Shown piece after piece: positions 15,982 to 26,764 of a stretch of 64,000 nt of DNA (position 1 is the first letter of the stretch; every line of letters starts with the position of its first letter). A program made the position numbers and the translations under genes. The notes below the pieces were generated by a model, which saw only the letters and a program-made list of their open reading frames with translations, searched no databases and had not been told where the DNA came from. Origin of the DNA: a virus (Duplodnaviria > Caudoviricetes); IMG/VR virus record IMGVR_UViG_3300024346_000004, one strand, 5' to 3'.

Positions 15982-17639
15982 TATGCTCTCTGGCTAGGGA
16001 ATTTTGCTGAGTCTAATGTAAATGACTTAACTACTGTGGTATTATCTGGAGCATATAAGGATAAGGTTGTTCCATTGATAGCCCATTTACCGAAACCTTG
16101 TGCTCTAGCTGCGTTTAATGCATCTCCCACCGTCTGAGCTGTATTTGATGTAGGAACAGGCTGATTCATATCTAAAGCTACAGGAAGTAAGTCTATTTCA
16201 ATTAAGTTTGAATAAGATTGTCCAGCTCCTTTAAAGACCAAAGATACAGAAGTTGTTCCGCTGGCTAAAGCTGCATTAGGAATATCAAATCTATAAAATC
16301 CTGGAAGAAGATTAGCGTCTAATTCAACAAATCCTCCAGAAACAAAAGCTCCTCCTGTCGTTTGAGAAGCTAAAGTAATATTCTGTAAACTGCTACCTTT
16401 TCTGAGATAAAATGCAGAAAGAGTAGGAGTACTGAATAATAAACCTTTTGATCCTAAATAAATATTGATGCTATAACTTGTTGTTCCCGCAGGTATTTTA
16501 TAAGATGTTGTTACGTTTGAAAATGGTAAATAATTACTGATAGATGATAAACTACTTGAAGATAATGGACCAATATCCGGATTAGCATTTGGCCATGTAA
16601 ATCCGTTCATATCTGTAGCAAAAGCATTGGTTGATGTTCCAGCACTAGTATTGGATAAGTTTGTAGTGGAAGGAGAAACTGGATGTGCGATTGAAAGGCC
16701 ATTTAAGATTCTATATCCTCCATCAATACCCATAGAAGAGTTTAAAGTAACTGAATTTGCACCGGGTACTACTGTCCCTTGTCTACTATGGCCGCCTATG
16801 AATCTATTATAATTTTCTTGTAACTGAGTAGATGACCCAGCCATTGAAGTTCCATTGCCAACAAGAAGATTATTAGTAACTACAACAGGAGTAAGAGAAG
16901 TTCCGCCATATTCGCATCTTATTAATCCACCGTATCCGAAATTCATTACAGTGCAGTTAGTAATTGATCCACCAGAAACTGTAGCTGGTGCTCCGCTACC
17001 ATTCTGAATCATACAAAATGTTGGAAATCCAGGATTATTATAAGCTTTAGCATAACAATTAGTTACAGTAAATGGATTGACGATTGTTGCTCCAGAAGTA
17101 AATGTGATATTTACTGAATATGGTGCATTTATGTTTCCAATATTTTCAAAAATACAATTCTTTACAACTAAATTAGGTCCTGAAGAGCAGTTGCCATTAC
17201 CGATATCTGGGCCTGACCCTATAAAAACACATTTATCAAAAGTACAATTTAAACAGTTTGTAAATCCTATTGTATTTGCGTTATAGACTTCAAACATTAA
17301 TCCTCTAAATGTAAGATTATTTTTATTTGTAGCTGTAAATAATTGACCACTTCCAGCAGAGTTATCACCACTAAGCATATTTGTCAATCTTACTTCGTTT
17401 GCTTGTAATCCTGCGAAATTTAATGCTTTAGGGTCTCCAATAATAAATGTTTCTGACGAATATGTTCCGTTGATTGTAACATTTTCTCTATATGTTCCTG
17501 GAGCGATATAAACTGTGTCTCCGGAAGATACACCAGTAGATCCTAATGCTTTTGTTAATGTTTTCCATGCTAATCCAGCAGTAGAACCTAATCCTGAATT
17601 AGCATCATTTCCATCATTTCTTACATAATAAGTTGCCAT
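15981..17639 (-). CDS. right-handed beta-helix (pectin-lyase-like) tailspike/fibre-like protein 1
   Basis: TYYVRNDGNDANSG...WKTL.KAL...GDTVYIAPGTYRE, repeated NC.F/N ladders; C-terminal module shared with the next two genes. Confidence 0.75.
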   Translation of the reverse strand: MATYYVRNDGNDANSGLGSTAGLAWKTLTKALGSTGVSSGDTVYIAPGTYRENVTINGTYSSETFIIGDPKALNFAGLQANEVRLTNMLSGDNSAGSGQLFTATNKNNLTFRGLMFEVYNANTIGFTNCLNCTFDKCVFIGSGPDIGNGNCSSGPNLVVKNCIFENIGNINAPYSVNITFTSGATIVNPFTVTNCYAKAYNNPGFPTFCMIQNGSGAPATVSGGSITNCTVMNFGYGGLIRCEYGGTSLTPVVVTNNLLVGNGTSMAGSSTQLQENYNRFIGGHSRQGTVVPGANSVTLNSSMGIDGGYRILNGLSIAHPVSPSTTNLSNTSAGTSTNAFATDMNGFTWPNANPDIGPLSSSSLSSISNYLPFSNVTTSYKIPAGTTSYSINIYLGSKGLLFSTPTLSAFYLRKGSSLQNITLASQTTGGAFVSGGFVELDANLLPGFYRFDIPNAALASGTTSVSLVFKGAGQSYSNLIEIDLLPVALDMNQPVPTSNTAQTVGDALNAARAQGFGKWAINGTTLSLYAPDNTTVVKSFTLDSAKFPSQRA

Positions 17640-17649
17640 ATATATATCT

Positions 17650-17673
17650 TTCTAAAATCCAGGGACAGTTCCT
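17650..17673 (-). promoter_or_regulatory. putative phage late promoter AGG-N17-AGAA
   Basis: AGG 34 nt before ATG 17639. Confidence 0.6.
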
Positions 17674-20465
17674 TACAAGCCATATCGATATTTTTTTGCC
17701 ATGTAGTTGTTATATATTTCAATGGCAGATAATCTTTTATTGTATATCAATATTTCTGATATTCTTCCATATAGAAATTCATCAGCAGTTGGGCCCACTG
17801 TATTAGTTACACCAGCACCAATTGAAAATCTCTGCCCTGTATAACTTAAATTTGATGATGTAGCTGTGTGTATTAAAATACCATTAACATATATTAATGG
17901 AGCAGTACCTTGGACATAAGTTTGACATACATTGATCCATGTATTCAATGGTATGTTATAACCCGCATAATAAGTGGGATTATATGAGTTAATTCCTAAA
18001 TTATTTACAGCCAATAAGAAATTGTCATTATTAACGTTTATAAATGATTGCCATTGTGCTGAATTTTGCGTTATTTTAACCCAGATATTATAAGTAAATT
18101 GAGTGAATGTTACATTAGTACCAAATTCACATACACCTATTTGAGACCCATTAAATTGAATAGCTCCACCTGCATCTAATACAAATGTAGGATTATAATA
18201 TAAGATACAATCATAATTGCTATCACTCAAATCATTCCATAAATTGCCAGATCCAGAATAAGAATTTAAATCATATGCTCTTAAATCTAAAATCAAGCCA
18301 TCGGTAGTTTCTGCGAACCCTCTTGATTTTGGATAGTTAGGATTATCAAGTCCTAATGTTTTAATAACTACAGAGCCATCTGAATTATAATATTCTAGAT
18401 TCTTACCATTAATAGCCCACTTACCAAATCCATATGCTCTTGCTGCATTAAAAGCGTCTCCAACAGTTTGATCAACATTTGTAGTAGGAACATCTTGAGT
18501 TAGATCTAATATTTGTGAATCAAAGAATTTATAATTTATATTTACTCTATCATTATTAGCTGTATTCACTACTTGTAACATAGAATTAGAAACACCAGAA
18601 GCTATAACTTCATTAGGCACGTCAAATCTATAAAGCCCCGGCATATTAATTGGATCTACTTCAACAAATCCCCCAGAAACCCATGTTCCTGATACTGTTT
18701 GAGAAGCTAAGGATATAGATGTAGCTGTAAGATTAGGTCTAACATAATAAGCTTTTAAAGTTGCTGTGTTAAAAGTATAACCAGTAGATGCTAAATTAAT
18801 ATATTCAGAATAATTATTAGTATTAGCTTTCATATCTACTGTTTTTGATAATGGACCTAATGTTTTATCCGCAGCATAAGAAGTAGTTTGAACAGCACCT
18901 ATGTCTAAAGATGATGTAGTTGCAGTAAGTGGAAAAGACTGCATTCTGCTAGCTCCTCTACATAATCTGCCGCCGCCTATTTCATTATTTAATCTGAAAT
19001 CTAAATTAGCTGCTGAGACAAAAGGAGATACAGATAGGGCTACATTGTTTTTATCAGTAAATACGGGGTAATTTCCATCATTATGTCTATCAATATTAAC
19101 ATTTATAAAACCATTAGTACATGCAAAAAATGAATTGTTCTGTAAATGATTTGCAGCATTTGACCCAGATCCGTGAAATCTGACAGCAAATCCCGACACA
19201 TTAGAAAAGATATTATTTTCTACTAAAAACCTCCATGCAGATGTTGCATTATAATTAAAAGAGATATCTACAGCATTTCCTGTAATGTTATAAAATGTGT
19301 TGTTGATTACTTTTGTGGCAAAATTATTTGAAAATAAACAGGTGCTTGAATGATTAATAAACAAATTTCCAAATATCGCTTCTGAGTTATTTATACTACC
19401 ACCGCAATTTTTAACTACAGAATTTCTTAAACTTGTAACAGTTCCATTAGATACTGAAGTACAATTTTCAAATGTACAATCATAAATGTGGGAACCTGAT
19501 GGAAAATTAATCGCCACAGCTAAATTTTTAAAATCACAGTTGTAAACATAATTTTCATCTGTAAAATTTGGATTTCCCGCAGCGATAGTACTTAAATTAT
19601 TTTGACCATTAAAAATAATGTTCATCACTGATTGTCGAGCAGAAGCAATAAAAGCTGTACTATTGGCTGCTAATCTAATTTCAGCTTTTCCATTATCTCC
19701 TCTTATATTAAGATAACCAACCATATTAGGAGTAGGAGGGCCAGCAGGAGCGAAACCAGGAATACCAGACCAGTTAAATATTCCTGAACTTCCTTTTAAA
19801 AAATAATAAACTAAACCACCAGCATACGAGTTAGCTATAGCTGTACTGTAATCAACTACAGCACCTCCCATTTTCCCAGTGCCGTTTGTGGATCCTACAG
19901 TTCCACATGCTCTTTCCAAAATTGCTGTAGTGCCTGAAATTGCAGTTATTAAATAAGTTCCTGTGGTAAAATTAACTCCTCCACTTATTTTCACAGAATT
20001 TCCTATCATATTTACAGAAAAAGGGAAAGCTGCTGATTGTATATAGTTTGTATTGGAAACAATTGTTAAATCAGTGTAGGTTCTAGCTGCTGAAGGATTC
20101 TGGGAATAATCTATTGACCATGTTCCTGATGATGCTGAATTAGCTGATGATATGCCTTGTGTGGTAGATATTTTTTGACTATGCCTCGAAACTGATCCGA
20201 CTGAAGCATCAACAGTAGCTGCACCGGCATTGACGGATGTAATTCTATACCAGCCATGTAACCACGTACTGTTGCCAAAAAGATATAAATAATTTCCTAT
20301 ATCAGTTGAGACAAATGTATAATTTGAAGCAGTTACTATAGGTGTAGCGCTAGTGCCGTTTGATGTTGAAAGCGTACTTGTATAACTAGCTGACGCATCA
20401 AAAAAACCACTATTAGCATTATTTCCATTAGACTGTAATTCATAAGCCCCTAATAACCATCCCAT
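17673..20465 (-). CDS. beta-helix tailspike/fibre-like protein 2 with C-terminal LamG/ConA-like lectin domain
   Basis: NCDF/DCTF/NNTFY ladders; shared module; DGLILDL.A...SY.GSG..W.DLS...FNG...W.N.C...YVNG...IYNK.LS..EI..NY. Confidence 0.75.
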   Translation of the reverse strand: MGWLLGAYELQSNGNNANSGFFDASASYTSTLSTSNGTSATPIVTASNYTFVSTDIGNYLYLFGNSTWLHGWYRITSVNAGAATVDASVGSVSRHSQKISTTQGISSANSASSGTWSIDYSQNPSAARTYTDLTIVSNTNYIQSAAFPFSVNMIGNSVKISGGVNFTTGTYLITAISGTTAILERACGTVGSTNGTGKMGGAVVDYSTAIANSYAGGLVYYFLKGSSGIFNWSGIPGFAPAGPPTPNMVGYLNIRGDNGKAEIRLAANSTAFIASARQSVMNIIFNGQNNLSTIAAGNPNFTDENYVYNCDFKNLAVAINFPSGSHIYDCTFENCTSVSNGTVTSLRNSVVKNCGGSINNSEAIFGNLFINHSSTCLFSNNFATKVINNTFYNITGNAVDISFNYNATSAWRFLVENNIFSNVSGFAVRFHGSGSNAANHLQNNSFFACTNGFINVNIDRHNDGNYPVFTDKNNVALSVSPFVSAANLDFRLNNEIGGGRLCRGASRMQSFPLTATTSSLDIGAVQTTSYAADKTLGPLSKTVDMKANTNNYSEYINLASTGYTFNTATLKAYYVRPNLTATSISLASQTVSGTWVSGGFVEVDPINMPGLYRFDVPNEVIASGVSNSMLQVVNTANNDRVNINYKFFDSQILDLTQDVPTTNVDQTVGDAFNAARAYGFGKWAINGKNLEYYNSDGSVVIKTLGLDNPNYPKSRGFAETTDGLILDLRAYDLNSYSGSGNLWNDLSDSNYDCILYYNPTFVLDAGGAIQFNGSQIGVCEFGTNVTFTQFTYNIWVKITQNSAQWQSFINVNNDNFLLAVNNLGINSYNPTYYAGYNIPLNTWINVCQTYVQGTAPLIYVNGILIHTATSSNLSYTGQRFSIGAGVTNTVGPTADEFLYGRISEILIYNKRLSAIEIYNNYMAKKYRYGL

Positions 20466-20499
20466 TAAAATTCACCTCTATTAATATCGATGTCCATTT

Positions 20500-22650
20500 T
20501 TAACTCCTTGATGTTGGGGCTGTCGAAGAATTGAGAGTGAATGATTTAACAACAGTAGTATTATCTGGTCCATAAAGTGATAGATTAGTACCAGATATTA
20601 CCCATTTACCAAACCCTACTGCTCTCATAGCGTTTAAAGAATCTCCTACAGTTCCAGCAGTATTAGATATTGGTACTGTTTGTGTCATATCTATTTGCAT
20701 TGTAGGAGTGAAATTATATGTTATTAAGTGTCTATCAACAGTATTTGTATTTATCACTTCTAATGCTGCAGTTTTTACACCTGAAGCGAATAATGCATTT
20801 GGTGCGTCTATTCTATATAATCCTGGCATATTTACTGGGTCTACTTCTACAAACCCACCAGATGTATACGCTCCATTAACTGTTTGAGATACTAGAGTAA
20901 TATTTACTCTTGATCCACCTTCTCTTACATATGAAGCAGATAATCCAAGAGTATTATAAACGAATCCTTTTGTGTTTAGATAAATATATTCAGATCTCGA
21001 TGTTGTTCCAGCTTTTACCATTATAGATACTTCTGGATTAATGTAAGCTAAAGGGGTGTTTATGCTTTGAACTGCACCAATATCATTATAGCTTGTTGTA
21101 CCTATGTAATTTGAATAAGAACCTGCATTTATAGATTTTACTGCAGCTCCCGCACCAGCTATGTTATTAAGATTAAAATTACCATTATCAGGATCAACCA
21201 ACGGATTTCCAGATAAAATCACAAAAGATGATGTATTTCCAACATATGTATGATTTAAATTTGAAGCACTGTAAAAAGCATTATTAAGCAACAAAGGTAT
21301 GTCAGTGTTGACCCATATCCCATAGCTCACATTATTAACAAAAAGACAATTTTGAACATAATCAGAATGTTGTCCGCCGTTTATCCCAATATATATACCA
21401 TAGGGATTGTTTTTATAAAATGTGCAATTGATTATAGAACCAGCATAATCTGGAAAAGTAACAGGGGTAGAAGAATTATTAGCAAATATACAATTGGCTA
21501 CAGTACCATAAGACATTCCTACACAGGTTGATGTGTTATCATGGAATGTACAATTGTAGACTTTTGTACCTGACGTACCATATACACACTGTCCCGAATT
21601 GTAAGCGAATTCACAAAAAGATACAATAGCATAAAGATTACCTGTAAGCACTGAAGTAAAATTTGTGAACTTGCATTTATGAATAATTATATTGATTGTA
21701 GGATTCCGATTATCTTGTATAGCTGTCACTCCAGTATTTCCAGAGCCATCGAAGGCTATGTTTTCTACATGTAAACCAGTGAGATCTAAACGGAGCATAG
21801 AAACTCCAGTAAAAGCTGTATCTGCCTTGAAAACAGGAGGATTCAGTTTGTCTCCTCTTACGGTACTATATCCTTCTAATCTTTCATATCCTATACCACT
21901 GGCAACTGTGCTTCCACCGACATTTATCAAACCACCCATACTTACATTTCTTGTTGTGGTAGTAAACAAATAGGTTCCAGATTTGATATATGTTTTATTA
22001 CATAAAACCTTAATAGATTGAGCTTTACCTGGACTTGCAAATGCTCCACCAACATATCCGGTAGAAGTTGCTGCAGCTGTTCCAACAGCTCTGTCTAAAG
22101 TAGCTACACCTGCAGATACACTTAGAATATTATAATAACCAGCATTTACAGTACCATCTACAAGGTTAATAATATTTCCTACCCAGTTGCTGCCTATAGT
22201 TATTCCAGAGCCAACAATATTAGAAGTATTTGCTTGTACTATGAATGTACCAGTGTATTCATAGCTATCTTGTTGAGAATAATCTATACCAAAAGTGATA
22301 GAAGATAATGTAGCTGAAGATCCACAACCTAAAGATGTACTAGTTTGTAATGCTGTTGCGATAAATGCTTGTCCGATTGTTCCATTTAAAGTAGCAGCTC
22401 CAGAAGTGACAGAAACTATCCTGTACCATCCTGGAATTGAGTTTGTACCAGATTTAATAAAAACCCAAGATCCAACATCTCCAGCTACAAATGAATATGA
22501 AGCACTTGAAATGATAGGAGAGGCTGTATTAGCACTTGTTATAGATCCATTGGTAATAAAACCAGAAGAGTTGATATCAAACCCACCAGAATTATTTGTA
22601 TCGCTTCCAGTTGTTCTTACTTCAAAATATGTGTAGTTAGATAGGGCCAT
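20500..22650 (-). CDS. beta-helix tailspike/fibre-like protein 3
   Basis: N-terminal half paralogous to protein 2; NCTF/NCIF ladders; shared C-terminal module. Confidence 0.75.
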   Translation of the reverse strand: MALSNYTYFEVRTTGSDTNNSGGFDINSSGFITNGSITSANTASPIISSASYSFVAGDVGSWVFIKSGTNSIPGWYRIVSVTSGAATLNGTIGQAFIATALQTSTSLGCGSSATLSSITFGIDYSQQDSYEYTGTFIVQANTSNIVGSGITIGSNWVGNIINLVDGTVNAGYYNILSVSAGVATLDRAVGTAAATSTGYVGGAFASPGKAQSIKVLCNKTYIKSGTYLFTTTTRNVSMGGLINVGGSTVASGIGYERLEGYSTVRGDKLNPPVFKADTAFTGVSMLRLDLTGLHVENIAFDGSGNTGVTAIQDNRNPTINIIIHKCKFTNFTSVLTGNLYAIVSFCEFAYNSGQCVYGTSGTKVYNCTFHDNTSTCVGMSYGTVANCIFANNSSTPVTFPDYAGSIINCTFYKNNPYGIYIGINGGQHSDYVQNCLFVNNVSYGIWVNTDIPLLLNNAFYSASNLNHTYVGNTSSFVILSGNPLVDPDNGNFNLNNIAGAGAAVKSINAGSYSNYIGTTSYNDIGAVQSINTPLAYINPEVSIMVKAGTTSRSEYIYLNTKGFVYNTLGLSASYVREGGSRVNITLVSQTVNGAYTSGGFVEVDPVNMPGLYRIDAPNALFASGVKTAALEVINTNTVDRHLITYNFTPTMQIDMTQTVPISNTAGTVGDSLNAMRAVGFGKWVISGTNLSLYGPDNTTVVKSFTLNSSTAPTSRS

Positions 22651-22714
22651 AATTATCTCTCAGTTAGATTTATATTTGTAATCTCGATCCTCAAGAATCC
22701 TTTATAATATATGT

Positions 22715-23368
22715 ATGGAAACAGTATTAACAATGTCATCAAACATTAATTATGCTGAAAAAACAATATTTCCCAAGCTAGATGAATTCAAAAATATACC
22801 TTACAGAATAGACATATATATAAGTGGATATGATAAATATTCACTTTTAGAACAACATGAAAACATAAATATATATGCTACAAATTACAATGTTTTTGAT
22901 TTCACAGCTTTAGTGACAAAATATGTTTATGAAAAAATAGATTCTCATTTATTTTTAATTCATGACACAATTAAACTAGGGGATAATTTTTCAACATTAT
23001 TAAGTAAAAAATTACAAGACAATTCACATTTAGAAGCAATAGGATTACAAAAAGGACCCTCTAGAGGAATGGGCTGGTTTAATTGTAAATATCTTCTAAA
23101 TCACAAGAATTTGCCATCATTATTTGGTAACACAAGTAATGATATCAAACAATTAAATCATTTTAAGAAGTTAGCAATACAAAAAGAAAATTTATTATTT
23201 GATTTAGCAGAAAAAAAGACATATTTTCAAGATTATGATCCACAAATACTGGAAGAAGCATCAATGCAAAATAGCTTCAGAAGAACATATTATTTTGATT
23301 CATTAGATCTATATAAATATCAAGCTAACTATACAGGTATTCAACCATCATACAGAATACAGGTTTAA
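22715..23368 (+). CDS. hypothetical protein, possibly GT-A glycosyltransferase-like
   Basis: N.F[DE]FTAL...LFLIHDT motif; TATAAT 6 nt before ATG. Confidence 0.45.
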   Translation: METVLTMSSNINYAEKTIFPKLDEFKNIPYRIDIYISGYDKYSLLEQHENINIYATNYNVFDFTALVTKYVYEKIDSHLFLIHDTIKLGDNFSTLLSKKLQDNSHLEAIGLQKGPSRGMGWFNCKYLLNHKNLPSLFGNTSNDIKQLNHFKKLAIQKENLLFDLAEKKTYFQDYDPQILEEASMQNSFRRTYYFDSLDLYKYQANYTGIQPSYRIQV

Positions 23369-23385
23369 GAAAAAACAATAAAGAA
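23361..23385 (+). promoter_or_regulatory. putative phage late promoter AGG-N18-AGAA
   Basis: AGG 34 nt before ATG 23395. Confidence 0.65.
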
Positions 23386-23394
23386 AATAATATT

Positions 23395-23712
23395 ATGTCC
23401 AAGTATATCAAAAAAAGTAGTAAATTTGAAAAAGTATATAAAGTTGAATTGACAGAGAATTTAGACGATACTTTAAATCAATACGATGAAAAAAATTATT
23501 ATGTAGATCCTGATGGTCAATGGGAAAATGCTATACCTATTTCCAAGTTCAGAAAAACATTAACTGACGAAGAACTTCATTTGCCATCAGCTGTAGATTC
23601 TAATCATATTGTATTTTTTGAAGAAGATGGAGATGTACAGGTAATGAATATGGTTCCTGAACATCATTTAGATTCTTTGCATAACCAGAAATCAAAATAT
23701 ACTAAGAAGTAG
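23395..23712 (+). CDS. hypothetical protein with short leader MSKYIKKS
   Basis: ORF track; late-type promoter. Confidence 0.65.
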   Translation: MSKYIKKSSKFEKVYKVELTENLDDTLNQYDEKNYYVDPDGQWENAIPISKFRKTLTDEELHLPSAVDSNHIVFFEEDGDVQVMNMVPEHHLDSLHNQKSKYTKK

Positions 23713-23745
23713 TGTCGCAAATACTATAGCATGATATAATGCTGT

Positions 23746-24051
23746 ATGGAAATAGAAAAGCTCACTCAGTATTTATATAGCAAAAAATACAAGCTGAAAA
23801 TAAATGAGATAATTTGTATCATCGAAAAATTCTCAAAAGCTAATGATGGTATTTTCGACGATATAAAAATATCTGCTCAAAAGAATCATTCAGTATATAT
23901 ATTTACAGATATGAAACATCTTGATAACAGGTTCTCTGGCATCAATACCCATAATGCTGGTAACTCTGGTGGTGTATTTCCAGCAGCTGTTAATCAATTA
24001 ATCAGGTTTCTAAATAAAGCATATGAATTAAGGACTAAAACCCGCATATAG
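23746..24051 (+). CDS. hypothetical protein
   Basis: TGATATAAT 5 nt before ATG; terminator at its end. Confidence 0.6.
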   Translation: MEIEKLTQYLYSKKYKLKINEIICIIEKFSKANDGIFDDIKISAQKNHSVYIFTDMKHLDNRFSGINTHNAGNSGGVFPAAVNQLIRFLNKAYELRTKTRI

Positions 24052-24061
24052 TGCGGGTTTT
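24037..24061. terminator. bidirectional intrinsic terminator
   Basis: aaaacccgca-tatag-tgcgggtttt. Confidence 0.8.
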
Positions 24062-24063
24062 GT

Positions 24064-24597
24064 CTATTCTGGTGTTACTATTACATTTTGGAATGTAAAG
24101 TTATTATTCATAAGATATTTGAATATTTTGATCTTATCTTTTAAGGTGTATTTCTTTTGTCTTGGATGATGTGATAATACTAATCTTGTATTTCCATCTT
24201 CAGATTCTATTTGCCCATTTAATCCTAAAAATGAAGCTAATGAAAGATTGTTGTATATATCGTCTTCTAGGTATATGTCAGTATCAGTAAATTCACCGGC
24301 AGGGGATGGGGTGAAATCAGCCACTATACTGTCTACAATAAAATCAAGATATTTTGATGCCTTTTTATCATTAGGCAAATACCATTCGATAAAAATCTCA
24401 TGACTCAGAGGCATTATGCTATCTGATTCTACATCTTTGATAACCCATTGAGAGGACTGCACTTCAAGATATATATCCTCAAAAGGTATCATTTCTTCTT
24501 TGAAACAATACCTAGCGATTACCTTAGACGGTAGTATATAATGTTCTTTTTTTAATTCGAACACAAAAGTAGCTTGATTATTATCTGATACTGACAT
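24064..24597 (-). CDS. hypothetical protein
   Basis: ORF track. Confidence 0.6.
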   Translation of the reverse strand: MSVSDNNQATFVFELKKEHYILPSKVIARYCFKEEMIPFEDIYLEVQSSQWVIKDVESDSIMPLSHEIFIEWYLPNDKKASKYLDFIVDSIVADFTPSPAGEFTDTDIYLEDDIYNNLSLASFLGLNGQIESEDGNTRLVLSHHPRQKKYTLKDKIKIFKYLMNNNFTFQNVIVTPE

Positions 24598-24618
24598 ATA
24601 TTTCTCTTATACAATCTT

Positions 24619-25218
24619 TCAAACGCCAAGAACAGATCTATCTATTTTATCTTCAACAAAACATTGTCGAAGAATCTTTATTGCCTTTTGATGATGTGAA
24701 TCTATAGCTTGTCTTGCTATTTTCATTCTAGAAGCAATTTCATCTAATGTTAAACCTTGCACATAATACATATTGATAACATCTTTTTGCTTCTGGTTTA
24801 GGTTTATAGAATATTGATCAATAATATTTCTAAGATCAATATTATTATACGATTCAAATACAGGATGTTGTTCTCTATCATGAAGTTCTGTGATGTCTGT
24901 GTAGGAAGGCTTCTTGATATTCTCATTTGTAAGCTTTGAATGTGGAATTCTAATCAATCCTGTATCTGCTCTTAAATAATGCGAGATAGAGAATGATGCT
25001 TGATTGTAAGCGTGAGTAAGGAATTTTACATCTTTATTATGATTGAATGTTCTATGAGCGTTTAGAATGCCTAATCTTGCCCATTGATATAAATCTTCAT
25101 AATCAAAATGAGTACCAGGCAATTTTCTCATATAATTATTTGCTACTTTATGAGCTAATGCATCGTATTGATGAAGAATTTGTAGTTCACCTGGCTTAAT
25201 GATATCGCTATATTTCAT
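24619..25218 (-). CDS. sigma-70 family RNA polymerase sigma factor (FliA/SigF/SigG-like)
   Basis: Region 2: L..KVA......YEDLYQ....G...A...F......KF.T.A; region 4: LN.KQK.VI..YY..GLTLDEIA..M.IARQ.I. Start moved to ATG 25218 (ATGA overlap). Confidence 0.88.
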   Translation of the reverse strand: MKYSDIIKPGELQILHQYDALAHKVANNYMRKLPGTHFDYEDLYQWARLGILNAHRTFNHNKDVKFLTHAYNQASFSISHYLRADTGLIRIPHSKLTNENIKKPSYTDITELHDREQHPVFESYNNIDLRNIIDQYSINLNQKQKDVINMYYVQGLTLDEIASRMKIARQAIDSHHQKAIKILRQCFVEDKIDRSVLGV

Positions 25219-25844
25219 GTATTTTCTGTCCTCGCATACGATTTCCAAACTTCTAAATCAAATTCAGCAACATTTTTATTGTTTGTTTCGCACCAATGTA
25301 AAAAGATATCTTCCCAATATTTGTATGTAACAGCAATAGTAGGAGTGGATTTGGGTGCTCGATTATCAATATTCTCTTTGATAAATTTTAGAATATGAGT
25401 ATCAAGAATAGCAATGGTATCTTTGTAGTATTTATCGGAATGTAATAAGAAAAATCTACTAGTTTTCATTCCAACTCCAGGTATACATTCAAGTAGCTGT
25501 GGAGTCATTTTATTTAAATTATATTCACGTCCGGAAATATACTTAAAACCAGCATAGATTTTTTTATATTGTCCAAGTTTAGCTTTTTGAATCTCTTCCA
25601 TCAAGATTCCATGTTGGTCAGCACTTTTAATAATCTGAAAAGGAGATACTTGTTCCGGCATCATTAATCTAGCTTTAACAGATAATAGGAACTCATCTAA
25701 TTTGCGAGCCTGTATATAAGCTGTTTTGCCAGCTACTACAATACAGAATAAGATAAATTCTTCCAGTTCAGGTATAGTTCGATTATAATCAGTAATGCTA
25801 TACGGGTTTATCATCCTCATCGTCCTCAATAAAGATGATATCAT
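25215..25844 (-). CDS. HhH DNA glycosylase, 8-oxoguanine glycosylase (Ogg2)-like
   Basis: L.CIPGVGMKTSRFFL (HhH, catalytic Lys), AILDTHILKF (catalytic Asp), Y..[WI]E..F...FDL.VW. Confidence 0.75.
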   Translation of the reverse strand: MISSLLRTMRMINPYSITDYNRTIPELEEFILFCIVVAGKTAYIQARKLDEFLLSVKARLMMPEQVSPFQIIKSADQHGILMEEIQKAKLGQYKKIYAGFKYISGREYNLNKMTPQLLECIPGVGMKTSRFFLLHSDKYYKDTIAILDTHILKFIKENIDNRAPKSTPTIAVTYKYWEDIFLHWCETNNKNVAEFDLEVWKSYARTENT

Positions 25845-26448
25845 TTCTAGTACCTGATATCAAGTCCATTACTGAGAGATCTTCTGACCAATCTACAAAC
25901 TTCTTTTCACATTTAGTAAATTCTGATTCATAATCCAATTCAGGTTGTGGTCTTTTAGTTTCTGTCAAATAATCTGAAATCTCTTCCCAACCACAATTAT
26001 TTTGAATCCAATCTGTCATCTCTTGTTCAGATCTAACAATAGGATCGTCCGTATTTACTGATATAAAAGAATTATAATCATTTTCTTTTCTTTGCTTAAT
26101 ATATAAAATATCTACAACACGAATAGTCCATTCACTACCGTCAGAGAAACATAATACTAAATCTTTCATTAATCTTTTGTTTCTTGCTGCAGTGTAATCT
26201 ATAAAATTCTTCATCCAATCCCCAAAAAGGTTAATTGGGTTCAAGAATTCTTCATCAATACAGTCTAAGAGCCATTTTTCTATCTGTTTTGATGCATTTA
26301 CAAAAACATAATAATATGTATCTGAAACAAAATTTTCATCTTCTGTACTTGACAAAAATTGATGTGTCATTGAAGCTACAACGCTATTAAATGGCATAGA
26401 AAGAATTTTTTCCTGGCCGATAATAATCTTTAAATATTCAGGAGTCAT
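25798..26448 (-). CDS. hypothetical protein
   Basis: ORF track; operon context. Confidence 0.6.
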   Translation of the reverse strand: MTPEYLKIIIGQEKILSMPFNSVVASMTHQFLSSTEDENFVSDTYYYVFVNASKQIEKWLLDCIDEEFLNPINLFGDWMKNFIDYTAARNKRLMKDLVLCFSDGSEWTIRVVDILYIKQRKENDYNSFISVNTDDPIVRSEQEMTDWIQNNCGWEEISDYLTETKRPQPELDYESEFTKCEKKFVDWSEDLSVMDLISGTRNDIIFIEDDEDDKPV

Positions 26449-26746
26449 TCTTATCCTTATTTTCTAATAGCTGTTCAATTCTTTCATAATCTAAAAAATA
26501 CACTTCATCTTCTTTTTCTGTATCTTCGTTGATTTTATTCCATCTAGGACCAATATTTTCAAGATAGCGTTCAGGAACATTACCATTGATCGTAACTTCT
26601 GGGTTGAAACCTGCTGTACCATTAATAAACATTGACACCCATCTGCCCTTTTTCTTTTCTACTAATAAAAGCCATACCGCAAGCATATCTTCAATAGCTT
26701 TTGCTTGTCCTTCAGATACGTTATCAATTACAATATTTAGTTTCAT
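26438..26746 (-). CDS. hypothetical protein
   Basis: ORF track; operon context. Confidence 0.6.
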   Translation of the reverse strand: MKLNIVIDNVSEGQAKAIEDMLAVWLLLVEKKKGRWVSMFINGTAGFNPEVTINGNVPERYLENIGPRWNKINEDTEKEDEVYFLDYERIEQLLENKDKNDS

Positions 26747-26764
26747 ATTTTTAATTTTACAATT

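Noticed and set aside
15981-22650. Diversity-generating retroelement or invertible cassette among the tailspike paralogs
   Set aside because: Shared modules differ at many positions of all base types rather than adenines only; no reverse transcriptase, invertase or inverted repeats in the window.
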